In this document: positions 40,701-52,700 of the stretch, in pieces
How the letters are laid out: each line of letters starts with the position of its first letter
How positions within the stretch are numbered: position 1 is the stretch's first letter
Assembly (NCBI GenBank): GCA_965285935.1
Contig: OZ260661.1
Coordinates: forward strand, 98,022,001-98,086,000
DNA length: 64,000 bases
Direction of reading: 5' to 3'
Origin: Ophelia neglecta
Taxonomy: Eukaryota
Translations under genes and position numbers: made by a program
Notes under the pieces: model-generated
The model's input: the letters and a program-made list of their open reading frames with translations, nothing else
The model's database searches: none
Told to the model about the DNA's origin: nothing

Positions 40701-43700
40701 GAACAGCTTCTGTGAACCCATGGATAACGCACGTAAAACTAATAGCCTAAACGATACCATTGCCTTGATATCTTGGTTGCCCTGGTTTCGTGTTTGCCTT
40801 GGTATCTTGTTTGCCTAAGTATCTTGTTTGCCTTGATATCTTGTTTGCCTTGGTATAATTTTTGCCTTGGTTTCTTGTTTGGGCTTATCCAAGCGCTTGC
40901 CATTTCTTTCTATCTAAAAGGTAATGTTAACTCACTTGCTAGTTTTTTTACGCAACATCATATAATGTTTCATTGCTCCAGGCCAGTACGTAATTTGATT
41001 TCTGTTGAGTAGGGCATTCCGCCCTGGGTGACACGGTATTGCTTTAATGTGACATATACCGTGTTTCAGTTCCTGTCTGATTACAACGGGGAGGACCGCT
41101 TCATGACCCGGATAGGCGTTGGTGGACTTATTAACATGGAGAAGATACACCAGGCACATCTCGTGCTCAACGACATTCATTTGTTTCATCAGCACGCTGA
41201 CATTAACTCCCGCGCAGAAAAGATTGAAATTGAAACGTCGTCTGCCAATGATGAAAATCTCGGGAGGTAATTTACTCTCTGCCGTGCTTGCCTTTCTACT
41301 CTGTTTTGATTGAAGTGTGCCATAAATGGTGGAATTAGGAAATGCAGTCTAAATGAAGAACCGAATTACATCTTAGTAGCCAATTACATGGGCCACTACT
41401 CTTTTCATGATACTCAAAGCTATTTCTTTTTATTTCTAGGGGTCTTCAAGAGGATAGTTCCTTTGAGAACCTTGCGTGTGATTACGATCTAGACGTTAGT
41501 TACTACAAGCCTATCAAACCTTTTAACAGCAACCTACAAATCATGATGGTTTCCCCTAAATGTGCCGGGGTGAGCCAGAGTGATCTTCAACTGATGCACA
41601 ATGGTACCACCGTTGTGCGGTGGGACTCGAGCTCCGCCCATTCGAGCGTGTGTTACCTCTGTCTGGAGAGCGACAACAGGACTTTGTCTTGGAGTAAACC
41701 CAGCTGGAGCTGCCTGAGGAGTCAGGGCACCGTCGCCCCTCCCACGGACTACGTCTTCAGGGCGCCTGACACGTCGCCTTCCTCCCTGGCTCTCATGGCC
41801 CGCTACCAGAGTGGCCCACCCGTCGTCGAGGACGTCGAAGACGGCTACCTTGACCTCTTTGTTGTCAAGCGCGTTTCTAAGGGTGAATCAAGCGCTGAGC
41901 TACACCTTATTTCCAAACGTCACAATTTTGATGGCGTCTCAAAAGAGGATAACTGTCTTTCTTTGATGTTCGGTACATGTCTTGCGGATAATAAATACAT
42001 TGAATTTGTGATGCCGTCCAATGTGTGTGAAGTTTGGTCACGTGGATTAAAAAAGCTAGTGTGGGCGGCTATGGTTCATAACAAAAAGATGACTGACAAG
42101 AGGATTAACTGGCTGAAGGAGCAGTACTTACAACTGTTTGTGCAAAATGAGAGATGTATTGGGCCTACCCCTGCAGAAGCAATACAGGCTAGTCTTGCAA
42201 TACTCAATACTTCATTAAGATGTTTAGAGAGAGCACTTGTCAAGTGTCACACGAGTAAATATAGGGGGGTAAATATACCGGGCATAATTTTGTTCTTGTT
42301 AGGTTGATGTCTGATTTATCTGCCTCCATGCAATTCGGCCTTAATGGTGTGTTGTGCAAAGATGCTTTATTTATATATTCTCTGTTTTATAGGTGTTTGG
42401 TGGTCGACGATGGAATGCTGATACGGTAGGGCCAAATTCTACCGGAGAGCCCCAGAAGGGATTTCAGAGAACAGCCAGTGTTGTCGGTGATAAGCGGAGT
42501 AACAAACAAAGAAAAGGAATCTACACACTTCCGGTCTCACTCGGAAAGGTGAGACGTTCGTTTGGTTAATCCTCCTGAATTACACCTATAAGGAATGAAG
42601 CGGACCACTACATCTCAAGAATCATTGATTTTTTCCTTAATTGGGAATTAGTTTTTTGAATTCTGACTTGATTTGTTGTTCATGTTGTACTGTTATTTTA
42701 TTTTATCCCAGGAGCCGTCTTCTCGACCCTCTGTCATGGCACTGCAAGAGCGATTCCAACAAGATGCTATGAAAAATGACACTAAAAACAAGGCAGACAA
42801 TTCTATCCGGGAGAAAGGAAAATCTAAAGTCACCAATAAGAGTCACACGGAAGCCTGTTTATATGGTACGGCGACGTCTGGCAGCAAGATGGATTTAACG
42901 GTTATAAAAGGCGGGAAGCAGCATGCCCCTGTATCGGTGTACGATCCCAAAGCACTCACCTTCAATTTTGGTAAATCTGGCTACCATCCAAGGGACCCAG
43001 TCAGACTAAGCCTAGGAGCAAAGCACTGTGACCCCAATAAGCCAATAACTCACTCTACTAACATGGACTTTACCGACTTTGTAGATCTCTTCAAATGTTT
43101 CAGTCTAAGGATAAGAAAGGATCTGAGAGACCTCTTTGAGCAATTTGCCACAAGCCAGCCAAGTATTGAGCAAAAAATGCCCACGGAAATTCTTTCCAGG
43201 AAGTACTCCCGAAAGGTTTCAGGTGAGGCACTCCTCTCTTTCTTAACACTGCTCTTGTAATCTTGTTGTTTTTCCTGCCCGACCGGAAGTGATAGCCTGT
43301 GGTAACTAGGTACTCCAGGGCAATTAAATCTCCTAGGTGTCTGCATGAAGGCGACACATCCTATAACTAGATTTGCCTCGGATTACTTCTATCCTATTAT
43401 ATTCTGTAAACTCGTTATTCTGAATGAATATGCTTATTTGCAGGCTTGATAACAAGGAATGCAAACCTTGATATGTCTGCTGACAGCAACAGAAGAAAAC
43501 TATGTGACGCGCTGGCCGTAGCCAGCATCGTGTCCAACAGTGCAGGCCTATACAGTGGAAAACAGAAGTGTCTGGGCATACAAGAACTACGGGAGTTCTT
43601 AGAAGATTATCAAGAAGAAAGCTTTTCTGAACAACAAATTATGGAAATAATCCATGTATGCATAGTTATCTTGACCTTTCGGTATTTTTCAACTGTTAGC

Positions 43701-46700
43701 GTGTAAGAATACACAGACCTGTCTGCCATTGTCAACCGATCAAAGGTCGCATGCTATTTATAAATGTGTTTTCTCTCTTGCACTCTTTCCAGAGACACGA
43801 AGCAGACCTGGAATTGCGTGGATTGTGTAAGCTTTCATTCGAGGGCTTCGCTCGATATTTGATGGATAAGGATAATTATGTCTTTATTTGTGAGGAGAAA
43901 TGTCACAAGGATGTGGTAGGTCCTATGATATTGCATTAGTTAATGCTAATTTATCGACATTAATTAGTATTGTATATAAATTTCACATCTCATGTGTCCT
44001 GTCTAATTACATGACTGTTCGAGACTTCAAAGAGTTCTTTTTCCCACTAGTGAAATCATCCTCAATATTCCAAATGAAAAGGTATCCGTACGGAAACAAC
44101 ACAGAAGCTAATGACATCGTGTATTTGATAAAGGATGTAATAACATACCAACAACCTGAAACGCAATTGTAGGGGTCGTTCATAGAATGAAATTCTCTCT
44201 CTTCCGATCTTATGATCACAGTGTTGGCTTTTCTTTACCTCCAAGGTCCACTGTAAATCATAACAAACTAAAGAAGATGTGACTTAAAGCATATTTCTGT
44301 AAATTGGAACATGCATTGAAATTTAATATTGGCCAAGCTTAACGAGTATTTCATATTGCGGAACATGCCTGCATCCTTCATGGCAATCTGATAGAAGCAA
44401 TGGTTGAACGTATTCGTGTTAACATTTTTGTCAGAAAATAATAGGTGGAACCGGAGATAAGGAAAGACCAGTTGACAGCTAAGGTCGTCCAGGGATTGAC
44501 ACGAGGACTGATAGAGACCGATAGTTAGAAACCTCTACCAGGAATGACAGATGGAATATATCGGAAAGACAGACACCTGCGCCGAAGAAGACAGGCAAAA
44601 ATGGCAGATAGAAATCTACACTGGGAAAAACAGACAAACAATGACATACTGAAATCTAAAACTAGGAACAACAGATCGACAGAAAGAAAGTAGACAAATA
44701 CACAATGACGGACAAAATAACTGAGTGAGACAGAATGAATGCCAGGCAGACAAACAGTACATTCAGTTCGAAACGGGTAATAAGCCAAGAACTTAAACAG
44801 GCATAAGGAAATGGGACACACCTACAATGAGAGAACCTACACCAAGCAGACATACGGAATGTGGGGAGAAATGGGCGCTAGCCTAGGCCGACCGACACTT
44901 GAAGTCGACGAGAGTCAGATATCACCTCTCGGAAAGCGGGCAGAAGAAATAAAATCAGACGTCATTGGAAAAACTTAGCGTTATCATGTTGATAAATGTT
45001 TGATATCGTTTCTTTTTGTAGGACATGGAACATCCTTTGTCTCATTACTTCATCAAGGCATCGCACAATACCTATCTGACAGGTCATCAATTAAAGGGCG
45101 AGTCTTCTGTGGAACTATACAGCCAGGTAATTTAGACAAACATGCTATTTATCAATTTGGAAATTGTTGCCTTTATACTCTTGTATTAATCAGAAAGGCC
45201 GTTTAATAATTCCTGATCAGAGGCATAATATACAATCTAGTCGATCCCACAGTATTGTCTGCCCCTTCAGGTGCAAGTGATTTCTTTAGGCATGTAGACT
45301 GCAGTTGCCTATTCTGGGGTTGTCTTTTGTCAGGTGTTGTTGACAGGCTGCCGGTGTGTGGAGCTAGACTGTTGGGATGGAGATGATGGTTCTCCGATAA
45401 TTTACCACGGACACACGCTCACCAGCAAGATCTCATTCAAGGTGAGTTCTGCTCATTTAGTGCCAAACATCTTCTCAATTAAGGTCTCATCTTGAGGGCA
45501 AGAAGGTTAATTGGTGGCTTACTTTGGGGTAATATGAGGCCAAAGGATTTCTGAAGATGAGTGCTTCATTGAGCTTTCTTTGTCCTTGAAACGCTATGAT
45601 GTGGCTTTATGCAAACGGCGAAAGCAGCAATGCCCTCTTAGTATCGATTTTAATGAACATAATGTGAGTGCTAAGTAGATTACTTTGGCACCAATTCTTC
45701 TTTCGCCATAGCTTTCGCTTTCCCCGTTTGCACAAAGTCTAGATGACACCAGGATGCTCGGCTACTACGTGTATGATAGTTGAGCACTGTATCTTTTGCA
45801 GGAAGTCATCCAAGCTGTTAGTCGAAGTGCCTTTGTCACGTCCGCCTACCCGGTTATTCTGTCGATCGAAAACCACTGCTCCATCCAGCAGCAACAAAAA
45901 ATGGCCAAGATATTATTGGTAAAAATGTCATCATAGCGTATGTTTAGCAAAACGTCATGTCCTAGCCATGTGAAATGATTTCTTACATATGTTTCATTGT
46001 TTGCAGGAAGAACTCGGAGACAAGCTGTTGAAAGATTTTACGTTCGGTGATGACTTGTCAGAGGAGCAAAAGCTGCCCTCACCAAGTCTGCTCAAGTACA
46101 AAGTACTCATAAAGAACAAGAAGAATATAGAACCAGATACGCCTATTCCGGCGAAACAGAAGGTGGCCAACAAAAATGATTACCTCTCTCTCTCTCTCTC
46201 ACCGTAATGACAGTAGTAGCTTACCCGTTTCGTGTTGTCTAGTATAGTATACTCTTCCTATGCATGTAATTGAATATGCATTGTAAAATGATGCTTGAGA
46301 CTAGTCGGTAGTATTATAAATTAATTTAAAATGTCTTGTTATCTGCCAGACTAATCAGATGAACCGAATCAACAGTATGTCCATGGATACATCGAACTAT
46401 GAAGATTTTGATGATGAAGATGAGGACGATGATTACATACCTGATGGTACTTGCCATTGAATATTCTTTCCCTCTTTTCAACTTTGCCTTATTCGATTTT
46501 ACTCTAGATGAAAACCAGCAAGGTTCAGCCCCCTGCGTACAAGTAAGTCCGATTCTGACTACCGATATTGTATTATCTATCGAATGTCCACTCACGTTTT
46601 CTATTTCCATAGATAAAGACTTAAGGGTGAACATGCGTCGATCTGGTGGCAGCCAAGACAGCGAGACAACAGACACCCTGTTAATGAACATACAACAATC

Positions 46701-49700
46701 CCCCAGTGAGCAATCCTTCGAGCAGACGGCCAATGGCGTTAAACCAACAAGGTAAAATGTCTTGATGTCCATAATGCACATAGTTTCCTTCTCTTGGATG
46801 TCGTGGTGACATCCTGTCGATGATTTAAACAAAATCTGTTGACACAAATGTACACATACTTATTTTTTCGAATGATGTTTTTCTTTCCACCAGAAATAGC
46901 TTGCTTAACAACGGTCACAGACTAGCTAAGTCTCCTAAGGCGTGCCATGTAAGAGCAAAAAGTTTAGGAGAATTACGGGTGAAGCAGTTATCAGAAGGAG
47001 ATAGTTCCAATCTGTCAGATTCGGAGGTCCAGTGCGCCTACTCGACAAGAAAAAGTCCGAGTTCGTATTTGGAAGAAGACCCCAAAAAAGCAGCTTCCCT
47101 GGACAACTTCCTTGATGAAACCACCAATCTCAATGCACCTGTCCTGGGTATCAGCCATTCCAGCTCCCTTGACCATCTGGATAAAGCCCTCAGTCGTCTG
47201 CCATCGGTGGTCAGTACTGAGGGCACAGTCAGTCTGGGCAGCAGACGACCTTCGAGTGCCTTTCTTGTAGCGGAACCAAAACAAAAAGAACAAACTCGGA
47301 CATCCACCTGGCTATCCCACCTGACGATGTGGAAACCGAGCAAGACGAAGGACACGCCTTCTCTCGGAGACACGGACGTGCTACTGCGGCGGAGGAGTCG
47401 GGAACACAGCCCCAAGTCCTCGACCAAATCCAAGGAAAGCAAGGAAAGCCAAGACAGCCAAAGACATTCTAGTGAGGATGGAAAGTGAGTGGCATAACTT
47501 CCTCGTATACCATTTTTCCAAATTTTTTCCGTAATCTGGTGTTTATATTCCGATATCACTATCCTCTTTCATTAAAAAAAGGCGCGATTCTTCACATATT
47601 GAAGCCATTGGCGCGACCCCTGGGCATATCGTCCGTGTAAAGGACCGTGACATTCTAATAAATAAAAGCCTGTACGTAATTTGGTCAACCAAACGCTCGT
47701 GTGATAAAATGGTAATAGCTTTCTGGGTTATCGCGATAAAATAAATCAGTACAGGCTTATATATAATTTAGGGAAAATTTTTCATGGGTGGCAATCTCAC
47801 TTTCCCAAAGCATTGCTAGATAAATCCGCTGGCACGAAGTCAGCAATTATGGGTTGCATGTGCTTGCCACTTTAATAATTAAGCCTAATGCCATTCCATT
47901 CGCAATGTAGTAGGCCAAGGATCTGTTGAAGACGAGTGGATCGAAGTTGCATTTTGTCAGTCCTAGAAATCATCATATAGAATGCTGTTTTTTTCTCAGA
48001 TACTTTTGTTGTTACTGCAAAAAGTTGCAACAGTTGGGAAGTAAATCATTCTAGCATACATACACAATAACATTTTTGTGCAATGTTTATGCTCTTATAA
48101 GAGCCCGAGTTAGTTTTCTGCCTACCAATAACCATGGGCTTTTAAATAAATTCCTAAATGCGCAGTGTCCCTTATATCCAGTGGGGTTGTTCACCCTGGT
48201 TGCAATAGTCACATACCTTGTTGATCATCTCTGTCTATACATATATATATATATCAGTAAGCTATTGGTGGAAACAAAAGGCTATAGTTCTACGTCTGCC
48301 TATTTGAGATTCAGACAAAGGTCAGGCATGCCATTCACGGCGGAGACCATTCGCCCTTTTTCTGATTTATGCTCTTTATCAAACTCAGGTCGTTCGCTTT
48401 TAGCGGTGAGAAGGCCACGCGACCGCGTAGTGATCCGCAGACGGGGATGGATACTCTAATTGATGACGAACACACTCCCAAGGTCACTAAACGCAAGAAA
48501 GTGGTCATCGCCCAGGAATTGTCAGACCTAGTCATTTACACTCAGGCCGTCAAATTTAGAGGTGAGAATCGGCACATTAAAGGTACAACAATGCCCTAAG
48601 TAATATTAAAGCAGACACTTGGGAATTTGTCCTTGGTCGGTTGGTATTTTCCACTGCAATATGGGTATTGATTTGTTTGTGATTTATGTGCCTTACATCC
48701 TGCTTCAGGATTGGTGTTGAGCCCAGCCACCAGTGCTAGACAGAAGAAAGCTTTGCCAAAGAAGAGCAGCATGTTACATTCCTCCTCACCAGTATCCGCC
48801 TATCCAGGTTAATAGCTATCCATTTTCCCCACATATCTTAGTAATACATTGACTTAATTCTTATGATGCCTTGAAGTGCGAAATACATGACGGTAGTTTA
48901 ATAACATGTCTATGACACTGTACATTGAAACACTTCTAGACACCCTTTGACAAGACGTGCGGACATAAGCCAGAGATTTATATACCGATATACATCTCTG
49001 GCTAAATATTTCTAACAACCCTTTGACCCAACACTGGTAATATGATGTCTTCAGAGACGAAATAAGGGGGTTATTATAATTAAAAGAAAAATTACCATTA
49101 GAGCAATGAATCATAAATCACCCCAATGATTAACTGAAGAAAAATATAAAATCTCCGATGAGCTTCATTTTTTCATGTATAGGATTTGGCATTACATAAT
49201 TTCTCTTGAATATTTAACAACAAGTTTGTTCATCATCTAGTAGGGACAAGACGTAAGCCTCAGAACCAATTTCTGGCGGAGAAAGACTATCTTTCAAACC
49301 AGATTGTATAAAAAATTGCTCAGCTCTGTCAGACAGTGAAGAAGACAAATGGAAAAGCAGCTCAGGATACATTGTGACCGTGCCTCTTTTTCTTTCTTTT
49401 TTCAGATAAGGGGGACATCACTCCGTCTAGTGGACCTCAGTTGCGAATGAAGCTGGATTATGGAAACTACCCGACCTGTTATCAAATGTCGTCTGTCAAT
49501 GAAAACAAAGCTAAACAGATCTGTCGAAAACAACCGATCGGAGCTATCAAATATCCTTTTGTCACAACCAAAATCGTTCTAAAACTGAAATAAGAGAAAC
49601 GTTATCGAGTTTCATGTACACTTTGATCCTCTGAACCTATGACCAGCGAATAGCATGAAAAATAATGGAAAGTAGTCTATAATATAAAAATCTGCCAATG

Positions 49701-52700
49701 ATATTTTCGCTTAATAACTTAAAGATTATTCCACACATCGGTGCAATATTGGCGTGTTTAACAATGTTTTGGTTTAAACATATTTTATTTTACAATGTTG
49801 GATCTTAAAAGAGCCCGTGGATTACAATATACAATATCCCATGTTCTGCTCAATATGATATCACAATTACATTGCCTTGATTCCTCTCACTCATACCGAG
49901 AGACACTTAATGCGAGTGTATCCAGCAGGAATGAGAATAGATTCCTCGAACTTCAACCCGGTGTCATTTTGGTCATGTGGTATCCAGTTGGCTGCTCTTA
50001 ACTATCAGACCGAAGGTAAAGCCTAACCAATCCATTTTCTGCTGATATTAATTATCAACAATTCCTGAACGTAAACAAGTTGACATCAGTCATTCGAGTC
50101 AGTATTTTCCCAGATTGATGAGGAGAGAAATAGCCTGAAGTATGGCCATATTTTGATTACAATGTCTAGCTCATTTTGTGATGCCCACGCTTTACACAAT
50201 GGTCTAATTTGCAGATTGCATCGCGATGTGTATCAACTCAGCGATGTTCGAGCAGAATGGAGGCATTGGATACGTACTGAAGCCGAGAATCCTGCGGGAC
50301 AAGGCTCATCCTCTCTACAACCAGTTTGACCCCTACCAGAAAGAGTATGAAAATGTGAAGCCATCTAAACTGACAATTCATGTAAGACTTCACTTATCCA
50401 AATAACTTCCTGGTGCATTTCGTTAACTAATGATTAATCTCCCCCAAAGTCTCACAGCACTCTCAAAATCAATGTAATTATGGCCATCTTCCCACTGATA
50501 AACCCAAGATTCCATGGTTTCCAGTTGATTTCGGGTCAGTACGTTTGTCAGAACAGTTATCATAGCAGCGCCATGGTGGAAGTGGAGGTGATCGGTATCC
50601 CATCTGACTGTGCCAAACACAAGAGTAAAGTCATCTCCCGGAACTCGGTCAATCCCATCTGGAATGAAATGTACACCTTCCACGTAAGTCTCTTTGCTAC
50701 TTCGTGACCTGTTGGCGCTAGTATACGCAGTAATGACGTAGTTCATGGCGGCAATATTTTGGTTGCGCGTCAAATGGATTGTATTGTCTCAACATGCGGC
50801 CGTATAGTGTGGTAAAGGCTGTGAGTCGGCTGGGAACCAGACAACCTGAACTATACTTACGGCTGAGATTCTAGCGATGGTGTAATTGTTACTGTCATAT
50901 TATTGCAGACGGTGTTACCCGACATAGCCTTTGTTAGGTTTTCCATCTCGGATATGTCAAACAATCACGTGGCAGCCCAGCGTATCATTGCTGTAAGAAG
51001 TCTGCGCTCAGGTTCGATACAACACATATACTACAGCCGCATACTACTTTATTTTATGTCATTAGGTTCCCACGGGTTATTTAAAGGTTAAATCTAGTCA
51101 AGGTGCTGATTTTGATTAAAGGTTACCGACATGTTCGATTGAGGACCACTACCAACCAGCCATTGGAGCTGTCTACCCTGTTTATTTACTCCCGACTTGA
51201 AGAGAGCATCCAAGAAGATTTGTTTCCAAGTCCTTGGATGGGGTACGCAAAGGACGAGAAACTGGAAGCCAAGAAACAGAAAGGGCTGATGGCTAAGATC
51301 AAGGAGGTTGGGGATATGGGCAAACACGAGAAAGAGGTACTGCACTCACTGTTTATATATGTTTATATCTCTTGACAGCCACTCCTCACTTACCTAGCTC
51401 TTGCCTAGTCGTTGTAGTTTCTGTATTAGTTTTTTTGTTGTCCATGCAATGTAAATATGCGTATTTAGTTCTACAGCACACTCTTAGCATGCGTGTCTAT
51501 GTTGATTATGTTCTTCATTTGGTAATGTCTCCCTGACTCACCAAATCCATCACTGTTTGTATGGTATTTTCATTTGTAACAGAAAAAGAAATCAAGGATA
51601 TCTCGCGCAGCTACGAGGAAAAAAATGGAGAACCTTTTGCACACGGCTTTAACCAACCGATTCTCTGGCGAGAGGAAAGCGCCTAAAGCTCGCAGTACTT
51701 TCTATGCAGCCCCTGATCTTATCCAGGACAACCCAATTAATAATTCGCCATTTAGAAGATACAGTGCTGACGAATTAGATGTCGTTCCGGAGCATTTTGA
51801 GACGGGAGACTTTCGTGAGCGATCACTCACGTTCGGAGAAGGCACTGGATTCTCTAAATCGCCTACTATCGCCCGGGCCATAGCCAAGTACAGGATGGCT
51901 TCCTCCTTCAATGTAGCATCATCCAGTGTTCCTGACTTGTACACCGGAGAAGCCCACACAAAAAATGATTTATCCTATCTTATGTCTCAATCAGGCAGCC
52001 TAATAAGTTCAAATAGCGAGGTAAGCGAGCAAAGCGACGAAACTAGCCGTTCTGAAACAACACCAGATATAGATTTGACCCACTTAGAGGGAAGAGGTCG
52101 CGTGGATATTAGAACGTGTGATGAAAGACCCGCAAAACAACATGAGGTAGAAAATGTAGAGGCTAGTTACTCGGGAGTCAAAGAGCAGGAAATGAACCAA
52201 ACTGCAGCAGAGGCCGACTTAACGGCTTTATTTTCATTTGTGCCGACATCACCAGACGACATGGAATCAACAACCGAACCTAACCCAAACGCACAGGAAG
52301 ACTCAACTCGTATCTGTCAGTATAATCAAACAGCCGGAGGTCGAGATGTCCTTTCGAATTTAAAATTTATGAACAACAGAGTTTTGATTGATGAAAGCCA
52401 ACCAGGAACGACGACAAATAAGGACATTATTGAGACTGACGTTCAAGGTCATCGAGGGTCAAGTGATAGTGAGGACTCGGGCGATTCTCCCATGTGTAGA
52501 TGCACTGGAAGCGACGAGTCCGATGACTGCGATGCATTGTGCACCCATTTCTAAGAGCAGAGCACACCTGAAGAAATGCTCAGAAATAGACTTATAGGTG
52601 GTGCGTAGTCTTTAAAAGTAGAAGCTTATACTGCAATTGAAATACTTCTTTCCGAATGTGCCAATTTAGTATGTTTAGTAAGGAACCAGCTGCATGGCAA

